From Candidatus Heimdallarchaeota archaeon (GTDB taxonomy: Archaea; Asgardarchaeota; Heimdallarchaeia; Hodarchaeales; Hodarchaeaceae): a DNA stretch of 33,825 nucleotides. The notes under the pieces are model-generated. The model searched no databases. It had not been told where the DNA came from and saw only the letters and a list, made by a program, of their open reading frames with translations. The stretch covers positions 1 to 33,825 of the forward strand of contig JBHLSH010000041.1 in the NCBI GenBank assembly GCA_048881705.1, given 5' to 3'. Positions 8,935 through 18,262 of the stretch are shown here, in pieces. The first letter of the stretch is position 1, and each line of letters begins with the position of its first letter. The position numbers and the translations under genes are program-made.

Positions 8935-9737
8935 GTAGATTTACCAGTCCAACTCTCTGTTTCTCGTTTCTGTGTTTTGATCGGATTGAACATTATTGTT
9001 CTCCATAAACGTTGGTCAAATAAACACATTTTCTACTAGTATTTAAGGTTTATTATAGTATTTATATTATAATTAAATTGAATAATTATTTATGTTTCTT
9101 TCAAAGAAAATTATAAAACTAAAAGTATCATTTTACGATTTCACGAGAAAATCTAAACTATGATTTGAGACGAGGGATTTGGTGAAAAAATAGACCAGAA
9201 TAGGTATATACAGTTAAAATTATCAACGAATCTTTTAATGCTATTATTATTGACAATTTTTACGTTAAACCTTGAGAACTCCATTTTCTGGTTTTTTTAT
9301 AAACGAGGTATCTTTAATATATTTTGTTTACAATGTCGTAATATGAAATTTTTATATGATGGTTCCAGTTTTCCTTTTTTCTATTCTCTTTTGACAGATC
9401 TGCATTCAAAATAATTATGAATCAGGAACTATATAGTTGACCATACCCCTGCTAGATCAGAGTTGTACTCGTATTTTCTGTTGCTTTTATTAGAAAAATT
9501 TTAATCTCTGCCAGTTTTAACATTACCTATAATCTAAATATGCCCTATATATTATCTAGATATTCAGCTTGTATTTACGGAGTCCAATAGCCGTATTGTC
9601 GTAAAGACGTTCTATTGCGTGATCCATGATATGGTTTCTTTGCATTTAAACAGAAATCTCAGATGTAATTTGATTATCTATTTAAAATCCCACTGACTGT
9701 TCCTAAGAAAAATATAATCATCGGCGATGAGGCTTTT

Positions 9738-12245
9738 ATGAAATTCTCAAAAAAGAAGATGTTAACTTTTTCCGTGTATTTCACAATTTTACTGACATCC
9801 TTCATTATTTCACCAACGTCTGGTCAGATACCAGTAAACTTTCCTGAAATGATTGAACCTAATACTTTTGTACCTGAAGATATTTATGATGATTGGCTTT
9901 ATTACATGAATTATCCGGGTGAAGATTATTCCAACCTTGGCATTGTCTATAACGGTATTAGTGGATATCAAAACGGAGAATATACCTATTTTTCCAGTTA
10001 TGATCAATTTGCTTATACTGCAGTTGATTTGACACGGGGAAGTACGATATCCAATAATTTGCTCAGAGAGAATTTACGATCCAGTGGACACCCTCTCTTC
10101 GAACCAGAATCTTATCCTAGGGCGGTGAGGATACCCTCCACCTTTAGTCCTGTTTTTGAGACATCAAGTACTCATGAGGCTATAAGCCTCCATATGGATC
10201 ATTCTTATTCTTTCATGGCGGATGGATACACTAATTATTTTGGTTTTCTGAATACAAGCCAATCATTCTTTTTGGATATAGAGATTTTCGACGGAAGCGC
10301 GGAGGGAGTAATCATCTTTCCTGATGCTCACCCTAGATCGGGGTATTCGATAGGGTACATCGAGAAACGAATGACATATGCATTTATACCTAAGAATAAC
10401 CTGACCATGCCCCTAAATTTCACGTTATGGCTTGATACGGGCTCATTAGTGACATTGACTCCCCATCCCTGGGAATTTCCGACCTATATACCACAAGTAG
10501 CGGTCAACACTACATATTCAGGTAATATAGATCAAGGGACTCGGCAGAGAGTCGTCTCCAACGAAATCATTTATCCTGAAAATGAAATATTCAGCATTCG
10601 CATGTTTAATCTTTCCCTAATAGCGAACCATAGCTATCGAATATTTGTAGATTTTAGCATGCTGGAGTCTTCAGGCTTCACTAGCGGACAACCATATCCC
10701 TTCTTGATTAGCGATTATGCCGAAATATTGGGAGGAGGTTTGGATCAAAATGGATACGAAGTTTACTCTCCTAGGAATGAGAGCGTGATTCTTGTTTTCT
10801 TCGCTCAAGGATGGTCTGTCGGCGAATACACAATCTTTTATCAAAACATAGCAACGGAAGCTGATGAATTTATAGATGGAGCTGAGCTGGAATTCGATAA
10901 ATCGTTTAGTAACCCGGGATACAATGTCTATTATACTTTTACTCTGGATTCACCCCATATGATAGCGCTAAATTATTCAAATTCGAACTGGTTCTATTTT
11001 TATCTATATGTTCCGGGTTCTGAACCCAATGAGTGGGAAATAGTTAGTGATAGATATTTCTTCGATCCCGAAGCAGGAAACCTTTATGGAGATTTTGCCG
11101 GTGATATTGGAAACAATTGGCGTTATTTCCCCGCTGGGACATATGCTATAAGATTCTCATACTATTTGTCTTCTCACATGTTCAGGTTTACGAAAATCCC
11201 AGTGATGACCCCCTCTACCGTTTCTGTGACAAGAGACAGTATTTATGCATTCGAAATTCCGTTAACAAAGAACCGAATCAACTTCGTAAATATTTCAACG
11301 AATGATCAAACGATTCCAAATCAGCAGGTTCAATATGAATATGGATGGGTCGGCAAGTTTAACGAAATGATAAGATACGTTTACAATCCGTCCAGTACTT
11401 GGATTGGCAATAGGAATATATCTAGTCAGTGGATCGGATGGAATTCTAATAACACCGCCATTGAATCTTTCCTACCTGCCCGAGACAATGAACAACCAAT
11501 CTTGATTATACGTCCATACGACGCTCAGAACAGCACAAATGACTTTCCAGATCCTTTTTCTGCAGAATTGACCGTTACGACAAATGTTGCACTCATTCAG
11601 CATGATTCTTATTACGGTTGGAATTACATTGGCGGCGGTTATTTTATTCCGCAAAATGCCATATACTCTACCACTAGTTTTCCAGTGAATAATGATACGG
11701 TTGCTAATACAGACCACATTTACGGCATTCCACTCAGCCTGGCAGAATATCGAATTTACAACATTACTGCAATTTTACATGGCAATTATACAAGTGGGCC
11801 CTCCTCATGGAATGCAACAATCGACGCTTTTAATATTCTGGGGGGTAATCTTGCAAGTTTGGAGATATTTAACACAGAGTCTTCTGGTTGGGATTCAACT
11901 AGGTACTGGAGTACAATGTTGATCCAAACAGTCTCAAGTACGTCCTACTTGTATGTTGATGTCAGCCGTACATGGGATGGATCTAGGTATCGGAACGCCG
12001 TGTTGGAAGTCCGTATTGAACTTGTATCCAACAATTATCTGTATTTCAACATCCCACCCTATCAGTATGGTTCAATGCCGCTATCCACAGAAATTCTTCA
12101 TACCCAATTACTCGCCGCCCAAATAATCGCCAGTGAAATGATTGCAAGGGGAACTCCTGGTTTCGAACTCCTGTTATCAATGGGAGCCCTTGTTGCATTT
12201 ACCGCCGTCATAATCCAAAGTAGGAGATTAAAACACCGAAATTAA
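9738..12245 (+). CDS. Secreted cell-surface (glyco)protein with PGF-CTERM archaeosortase-type sorting signal
   Basis: N-terminal signal (MKFSKKKMLTFSVYFTILLTSFII), a beta-rich Tyr/Asn/Ser/Thr body with many N-x-S/T sequons, and the C-terminus GTPGF + hydrophobic helix + RRLKHRN. Confidence 0.8.
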   Translation: MKFSKKKMLTFSVYFTILLTSFIISPTSGQIPVNFPEMIEPNTFVPEDIYDDWLYYMNYPGEDYSNLGIVYNGISGYQNGEYTYFSSYDQFAYTAVDLTRGSTISNNLLRENLRSSGHPLFEPESYPRAVRIPSTFSPVFETSSTHEAISLHMDHSYSFMADGYTNYFGFLNTSQSFFLDIEIFDGSAEGVIIFPDAHPRSGYSIGYIEKRMTYAFIPKNNLTMPLNFTLWLDTGSLVTLTPHPWEFPTYIPQVAVNTTYSGNIDQGTRQRVVSNEIIYPENEIFSIRMFNLSLIANHSYRIFVDFSMLESSGFTSGQPYPFLISDYAEILGGGLDQNGYEVYSPRNESVILVFFAQGWSVGEYTIFYQNIATEADEFIDGAELEFDKSFSNPGYNVYYTFTLDSPHMIALNYSNSNWFYFYLYVPGSEPNEWEIVSDRYFFDPEAGNLYGDFAGDIGNNWRYFPAGTYAIRFSYYLSSHMFRFTKIPVMTPSTVSVTRDSIYAFEIPLTKNRINFVNISTNDQTIPNQQVQYEYGWVGKFNEMIRYVYNPSSTWIGNRNISSQWIGWNSNNTAIESFLPARDNEQPILIIRPYDAQNSTNDFPDPFSAELTVTTNVALIQHDSYYGWNYIGGGYFIPQNAIYSTTSFPVNNDTVANTDHIYGIPLSLAEYRIYNITAILHGNYTSGPSSWNATIDAFNILGGNLASLEIFNTESSGWDSTRYWSTMLIQTVSSTSYLYVDVSRTWDGSRYRNAVLEVRIELVSNNYLYFNIPPYQYGSMPLSTEILHTQLLAAQIIASEMIARGTPGFELLLSMGALVAFTAVIIQSRRLKHRN

Positions 12246-12307
12246 TCTCCTCCTCTCTTCTCAATTCATTGAATCTTTAAATTATAAAGTGCAGGTATAT
12301 TGGAGCA

Positions 12308-13387
12308 CTAAAAGGTTCTCGATACTAGAAACTGCACTAGTTGATCCATTAATTCACGTGAGTCTTCGCGAAATGGAAGCCTAGAGAGTATATTCCGAGT
12401 TTGTTCAGCTAAATCATTTGCAAGGGATCGTGCCTCTTCGAATATCGCATATTTATTCATTAGTGTCAAGATCTTTTCTATTTCATTTTCGTTTCTTGAC
12501 CCTGGAGGTTTATCCATTATTTTATGCACCAGTTCCGAGTCCTTGTCCTTAGCCTTTTGAAACAGCTTTGCAAGCAAAATAGATCGCTTCCCCTCTTGTA
12601 TATCATTACCTTTCACTTTTAATCCATCAAAATCGGTAGTTAGATCAAGTAAATCGTCAATTATTTGAAAGGCACGACCTAAATTTACAGCAAACAAGTT
12701 TATATTGTCAAACAATTCCTTATCGTCTGAATCATTTGGGTTATATCCCGCAATTATAGCACCAAGTCGCATCGGTCCGCCAATGGTATAATATCCTGTT
12801 TTTCCATCCATTATATAATAAATGTCGTCTATCGTTAAATCTTTTGAGTCTCGCAGTGTTAAATCAGCAGTTTGCCCTACGACAGTTCGCAACATCATAT
12901 CATAAAACTCTTGCCACACCAATCTGCATGTTTCGGGCGTCAAAATTTCTAGATTCCGAGCTAGAATACCCCACATCATCACATGCAACCCATCCCCGGC
13001 ATTGATAGCATGGTCCACCGAATAAATCCTATGAAGGGCTGGTTTACCTCGTCGCTTTTTTGAGTCATCCTCTATGTCATCGTGTATGAGTGCCCAATTT
13101 TGACATAGTTCCATAGCTGCGGCTGTATATTGCGTATCGTCCCGTGAACCTCCAAGGGCTTCGCATGTAAGGATAATCAATGAAGATCTTACATACTTCC
13201 CTCCCCGTTTCGGATAATCTGAGATCTGTTCCCAAAAGAACTTCTCAATTCCCGGCATAACTAGTGGTGATAAGGAGGGAACGGGCTTTGGGCTAATAAA
13301 TTCTTCAATAATCGGCCAAATGACTGTCTTGCAACTTTTTAAGGCGGCAAAGACTGCCTCTTCAGCATCACTTGGTTCTAAATTCAT
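12308..13387 (-). CDS. Short-chain trans-isoprenyl diphosphate synthase (GGPP synthase-like, polyprenyl synthetase family)
   Basis: RGGKYVR, first Asp-rich motif LIHDDIEDDSKKRRGKP, GQTADL, GKTG, second motif FQIIDDLLD, DIQEGKRS. Confidence 0.93.
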   Translation of the reverse strand: MNLEPSDAEEAVFAALKSCKTVIWPIIEEFISPKPVPSLSPLVMPGIEKFFWEQISDYPKRGGKYVRSSLIILTCEALGGSRDDTQYTAAAMELCQNWALIHDDIEDDSKKRRGKPALHRIYSVDHAINAGDGLHVMMWGILARNLEILTPETCRLVWQEFYDMMLRTVVGQTADLTLRDSKDLTIDDIYYIMDGKTGYYTIGGPMRLGAIIAGYNPNDSDDKELFDNINLFAVNLGRAFQIIDDLLDLTTDFDGLKVKGNDIQEGKRSILLAKLFQKAKDKDSELVHKIMDKPPGSRNENEIEKILTLMNKYAIFEEARSLANDLAEQTRNILSRLPFREDSRELMDQLVQFLVSRTF

Positions 13388-13444
13388 TGATTTTTACTTC
13401 CTTGCAAATTAGTTTTGTCCATTTTTAGATTTTGAGAGATGGCA

Positions 13445-14353
13445 CTATCTTTTTAGAGTTTGAAAAACACGCTTTGGAAGTTTTAGTTTTACGCCGGTGT
13501 CACTTGCATCGACAGGTCCTATAACATCAAAACTATCAACTTGAAGATCTTCAGGTACTTCTAGTGCAATCAGCGCCTTGCAGAACCCTAAATATAGTCT
13601 TCCGAAAACTGTAGTTAATAGAAGTCCAAAGAAACCGACCAAGAGAATGAGTGAAATAACCAATAGAGGATTTGATTGATCTAGATTCATCCACCTGGCT
13701 ATTCCCGTAAGTCCAGCGAGGTATAAGAAATCAAAGAATGCCATAAACTGAATTAGGACAGAATCGATAATAACATCTAAGGTACCATATATGACCAACA
13801 GGCCCGCGATGACAAAAAATTGTCTTCTTCGGATCATTAGAATGTAAGAAGTCCTCAGAAGTACTTCCAAGTCATCCTTGGTAAGGTTTTCTAGGGCAAC
13901 AGCACTTATTTCGCCACTGAACTTGATCGTTGGCAAAATGTTGGTTATTCCAACTAATATCACAAATGTAGTCGCTAAGATCAAAGCTATAAGTGTAACC
14001 TTAAATGGAGAGTAAAAATTGAAGAATAAAAATCCCAGAGCGATAAGAAGAGCAACAAGCCCAGCAATCCAGGCAAAGAAAGGGATTAAAGAACCTCCTA
14101 AGATGTTTAAAAAATCGCGCGTTTTCGATCTGGATCCTCGTATAATGGCACCGTAAACCTGTTTTTCCACCCATCCTCGAGAAGTGGATGTCATTGAATG
14201 TGTTTCTCTCCCGTTTTCTCTTGTTCTTAGCGAATTTTCCAAGCCAGCAGCCTTGTCCAAGGTTAATTTTTTGAGTTTGTGACTCAAAAGTGACAGCCAG
14301 ACGCTTATTATCGCTAGTGAGAAAAAGAGAATGAAAATTCCAAGAGAAAACAT
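13445..14353 (-). CDS. Uncharacterised multi-pass membrane protein
   Basis: 302-aa ORF with about five or six hydrophobic helices and no recognised motif. It fills the gap between co-oriented genes. Confidence 0.7.
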   Translation of the reverse strand: MFSLGIFILFFSLAIISVWLSLLSHKLKKLTLDKAAGLENSLRTRENGRETHSMTSTSRGWVEKQVYGAIIRGSRSKTRDFLNILGGSLIPFFAWIAGLVALLIALGFLFFNFYSPFKVTLIALILATTFVILVGITNILPTIKFSGEISAVALENLTKDDLEVLLRTSYILMIRRRQFFVIAGLLVIYGTLDVIIDSVLIQFMAFFDFLYLAGLTGIARWMNLDQSNPLLVISLILLVGFFGLLLTTVFGRLYLGFCKALIALEVPEDLQVDSFDVIGPVDASDTGVKLKLPKRVFQTLKR

Positions 14354-14510
14354 GGCTACACCATTATTATCATATTTCAGCCTGTTTAATTACGTTTTTC
14401 ATATTATTTAATAATCTAGGGAGTGTAACATTCTTGATATAAAGAAATGACAAAGGAAGGGATTTTCCTAAAAATCTCGTATATGCTATGTTTCCAGACG
14501 GAAGGAGGAC

Positions 14511-14518
14511 AAAAAAAA
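14511..14518 (-). terminator. Candidate oligo-T terminator after the prenol-kinase gene
   Basis: A8 on the plus strand (T8 on minus) in a pyrimidine-rich tract about 30 bp after the stop at 14550. Confidence 0.4.
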
Positions 14519-14549
14519 GGAAAGGAGGGAGTGTTACTCCAAATTGGGC

Positions 14550-15362
14550 TTACAGAAAGAAGATGCTGAAGAAAGTACCTTCTAATAAAATATTCAATAA
14601 AAACATAAGGATTATTGTCGAAGCTGGTAGGAGCAAATTATCTACATCAGCGGGCGAAAATGCTTCTACGATCATGGCCACCAGACCTAGGACAATGATC
14701 ACCATCAGCATCTGAACTACGTCAATTCCTGGATCAGGGATTAATGGGCTAGTTAATCCGCCGATTAATCCCAAAAGCACGTAAAATACCAGGCACCCTG
14801 CAACGCTAAAGATAAAGACACTTAGAGAGCCCGTAAAGGTTTTTTCCGGACCTAAGGTTTTATATGTTCTTCCGCCATATTTCTTTCCTATATACGGGGC
14901 GATACCATCTCCCCAACCGACAACAGCCATCATAAAGACACCTACCCATGTATCGAGAAATAAAGTGCCCGCGACCATCATGACTATGGTGAAATAGAGC
15001 GGACCTTTTAGTAATTCCTTGGGATCCCCAGTACGGGTCATGGTTTTGACATCCTTGTCTTCAGAAGTCGCATTGTATCCTTTGTAGAGGAATGTAGCGA
15101 AGAATAGGAGCGGAACAATGATATTGAACATGGCAGAGAGAATATCTGACGTGTCGATGAATAACCATATCCATATGTAGCTACCCGCAGCGATATGGAT
15201 TACTTTCCTTGAGAGATCAGACGATAACGTTCCCGCATCTACAAGACGTGACATCAAGAATATTGTCCCTTGTATATAGATCATCATCACAACCGCACCC
15301 ATAAGGAGATTCCAAATTAGCGGTTGGTCTGGAAGAAGTGTAATATAACCCATAATTTTCAC
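14550..15362 (-). CDS. CTP-dependent polyprenol kinase of the phytol/farnesol/dolichol kinase family (VTE5/Sec59/DGK1-like)
   Basis: Multi-TM protein with SRKVIHIAAG, LLKGPLYF, GWGDGIAPYIGKKYG, EKTFTGS, VEAFSPADVDNLLLP. The start is GTG 15362 or ATG 15353. Confidence 0.88.
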   Translation of the reverse strand: MKIMGYITLLPDQPLIWNLLMGAVVMMIYIQGTIFLMSRLVDAGTLSSDLSRKVIHIAAGSYIWIWLFIDTSDILSAMFNIIVPLLFFATFLYKGYNATSEDKDVKTMTRTGDPKELLKGPLYFTIVMMVAGTLFLDTWVGVFMMAVVGWGDGIAPYIGKKYGGRTYKTLGPEKTFTGSLSVFIFSVAGCLVFYVLLGLIGGLTSPLIPDPGIDVVQMLMVIIVLGLVAMIVEAFSPADVDNLLLPASTIILMFLLNILLEGTFFSIFFL

Positions 15363-15428
15363 CAGAATATTGTTTCAGTTTCTTTTCTTAACCTAATAAG
15401 GAGTGAGCAGAAAACAAAATTAATTATG

Positions 15429-15436
15429 TTTATAAA
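15429..15436 (-). promoter_or_regulatory. Candidate BRE/TATA box in the divergent kinase/IPK intergenic region
   Basis: The minus strand reads ccaacaaa-TTTATAAA about 70 bp upstream of the prenol-kinase start. The TATA sequence is palindromic. Confidence 0.35.
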
Positions 15437-15629
15437 TTTGTTGGAGACTATTTATGGCTATTAGGTGTAAAATTCCCGTTGATGTTTTCCTTATGGTCTT
15501 TCAAAGAATAGCCATTCCATGCCCATAGGAAATTCTCATTTCATTGTTCCTATATTCAGACGTATTTGGCTGATTAGTGGGCCAACTATTATGGATTATC
15601 GGATATGGTAAAAAAAGAACCAAAACCGT

Positions 15630-16478
15630 GTGATTTTAATGGAAATTGATTTGATAATTAAGATTGGAGGATCCTGTCTCTCAAATAAAGCTTTACTCTA
15701 CAAGGCAATGAAAACTCAAGACCCTGAGGATATCAAATATGCATTGCAGCTAAACCTGGATGTAATCGATCAGATCGGTGCTGAAATTAGTAATATTCTT
15801 CAAGAAACCCCGAAAATGATTATTCTCACGGGTGTGGGTTCACCAGGCCACTTTACTGTTCTGAAGTACAATCTACATAAGGGCCACGATGGGACTCTGA
15901 AGCAACGTGTTGGATTTTTAGAAGCGCAGATTGCTGTTAATCGTTTACGTCAGGAGTTCTTGGAATCATTGCTAAGACACGGAGTCCCCGCCATTCAACT
16001 ATATGCTTCAAGCATGTATCAATCGAACAATAGGCGAATCCTTAAAGGGAATGTCGAAAATCTGAGTTGTTTTCTCGATGTAGGTATGATCCCAGTGATC
16101 TCAGGGGATATGGTTCCAGACCAATCGCTAGGTTACAGTGTTCTTTCAGGAGATCAAATATTATACGATTTGACAAAGCATTTCCGACCGAAGACGGTAA
16201 TTTTCGGATCAGATGTTGATGGTGTTTTTACGGCTGATCCCAAACTTGACCCCAATGCAAGGCTACTGCCCGAGATTTCCAAAGAAACTATCGATGAGCT
16301 AGTTTCGAAGAAATTTCAGGACGATGATGCCTCAGGTCAAATGAAAGGGAAGCTATCAGAGATCAAAAACTTGATCGAATCAGGACTTGGTGAAATTCTT
16401 TTACTTAATCTAACGGTAAAAGGAAATCTAACTCAAGCAATCAAATTCGGTGTCGGAAATTTCACTAGAATAAGTTAG
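15630..16478 (+). CDS. Isopentenyl phosphate kinase-like protein (amino-acid kinase superfamily)
   Basis: IIKIGGS, GVGSPGH (catalytic His at 15849-15851), IPVISGD, VLSGDQI, FGSDVDGVFTADP, DASGQMKGK. The start is GTG 15630 or ATG 15639. Confidence 0.85.
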   Translation: MILMEIDLIIKIGGSCLSNKALLYKAMKTQDPEDIKYALQLNLDVIDQIGAEISNILQETPKMIILTGVGSPGHFTVLKYNLHKGHDGTLKQRVGFLEAQIAVNRLRQEFLESLLRHGVPAIQLYASSMYQSNNRRILKGNVENLSCFLDVGMIPVISGDMVPDQSLGYSVLSGDQILYDLTKHFRPKTVIFGSDVDGVFTADPKLDPNARLLPEISKETIDELVSKKFQDDDASGQMKGKLSEIKNLIESGLGEILLLNLTVKGNLTQAIKFGVGNFTRIS

Positions 16479-16491
16479 ACCATAATTAAGA

Positions 16492-18063
16492 ATGTTTTTG
16501 GGATTCTTATTATTTTTTGGGAATGATTTTTCACTTAAGGTAGCCAAGATCTTAAATGACGAGGTTTCCATATAGTGGTTCAATCCATATCATGGAAATG
16601 TAATCTATCTTGAATGGTTTGATATGGAAAGCGATGGGGCTCCAGGAGTTTATAATATTACTTCGACTTTATCAGCGGAATCGATCTTTCCTTGGCGTTT
16701 GAATGCACCAGTAGAACTCAGGAACCTCAGGTTCTTACATCTTGATGAATTTAATATTTGAAATGAAGTTGATTATTATGAAGGTCCTTATTTTACAAGA
16801 AACTATCATTACCTAGAATTTGAACCACCTGTAGCATACCTTACTGGAAGAATCTGGGAGAGCAGGCTCGATACTGACCTAGATGGCTTGATCAACCAAC
16901 TTCTCTTCATTGTGGAAGTCAATGTCACTCAAAGCGGACACTACCTAATTGATTCCGAGATTTCACCTTTCATCGAGTTTTGGATCCCTCCTTACGCCTG
17001 GAGAACTTACTATCAACTAAACATCGGGGTTTATAATATCACAATCATCGAATATGTAACCATCCCCTATTCACTTCGGTTAAATACAGCCTTTAAACTT
17101 AAATCCAGCATATATTTTGAAGGATATCAAATTGACTGGCTTCGAGAGCCATATGTGAGTAATTTCTACAATTACAGTGAATTTGATCCTCCCGATGCCG
17201 TTTTGACCGGACAAATCTGGGATTACGGGGTTGACACTGATTTTGATGGAAAATTCGATCGGATTGTGTTTGATCAAGAGATATCGGAAACCGACAGGTA
17301 CTTTATCTATATCAGTTATAGTAGTAATTGGGGGAGTTTTCACCAGGATATTCAAACTGATGAATTATGGGGAGCTGGAATCAACAATTTGTCAATTTCT
17401 CTTAGTTCCACTCAACTTTTCTTGGAACCTACGGATACAAATTATGTAATTGAAAAGCTATTCATCTATGATGGTGCGGGTAACCTACTAGATTTACTCC
17501 CAGCCAGCTTTCATGGCCGAATTTTCGGTAATGATGAATTAGATGCACCTGGTGCTTACTTAACTGGAAGTTTCACGGATACGCCAATAAATATTGATTC
17601 GGATGAGAATTACGAGCTTATAAGGATCTATGTAGGTGTAAATGTAACCGTAGCGGGATATTATTCGCCGTTTTTTGACTTCCAAGTAAATTACCAGAGT
17701 GAATATTTTTCGTCCCCCGAGGTTTTTAATTTGACCGTCCAGGGATTTTGGGAAGAAGGAAGCCATGCCATTCCTGTTGACATCCCTTCATCGTTTTATA
17801 TCTTTAGCAGTCTCCCAAGCCTGTTTATCCTTGGTATCGAACAGGTTCAGCTTCTAGATGAGGAAAACAGACTAATCCATTGTATATTCTACCCTTATTT
17901 TTCCCGAGAATGCCACACAGACGAGTTTGATCTGTTTTATATCAAAGATTCTACTTATTTGATAAACCCTGAGAATTGCCTTCTTGAATCCCTGATTATT
18001 GCGTCCATTACTCTTTATTTTGTATTAAACTATTTCAAATCCAGTCTAAAAAGAAAGAACTAA
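16492..18063 (+). pseudogene. Disrupted gene for a membrane-anchored surface protein with about 120-aa DxDxDG-type beta repeats
   Basis: ATG 16492 (MFLGFLLFFG) is in frame with the 16888-18063 ORF but interrupted by TAG 16573-16575 and TGA 16759-16761. Repeats begin near 16810, 17173 and 17533 (EF[ED]PP.A.LTG.IWD...DTD.DG; VNVT..G.Y). C-terminal TM helix plus KRKN. Confidence 0.7.
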
Positions 18064-18262
18064 GAATCTAATTGTATCAAATTCTTGGTTTAAATCGCCT
18101 CAACCTGATAGAAGTTATATGGATAGGTGCCTATTTGCCAAGGCTGCCAAAAGCGCGACCTAAATACGAATTTTAGAATCATGACCTTCTGAAGTAGCGA
18201 TTAGAGATGCCAGGTAAAGTACACTGATATTTTGGTAGTGATCCTCCATAAAATTCCTTGTT

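Noticed and set aside
8043-9029. ORFs 8043-8261, 8098-8298, 8523-8792 and 8754-9029
   Set aside because: They are low-complexity products of A/T tracts or antisense to the DoxX gene. 8754-9029 spans the putative operator repeats and has no family features.
9030-9737. About 700-bp very AT-rich spacer as a possible origin or mobile-element scar
   Set aside because: I see no ORB-like repeats, terminal inverted repeats, target duplication or cdc6/orc1 neighbour. It is best explained as divergent promoter DNA.
16573-16761. Pyrrolysine/selenocysteine recoding as the main explanation of the TAG and TGA
   Set aside because: It would need two different recoding systems in a non-catalytic surface protein, and no Sec/Pyl genes are recognisable in the window. 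Nonsense mutation is more parsimonious; recoding is kept only as a testable alternative.
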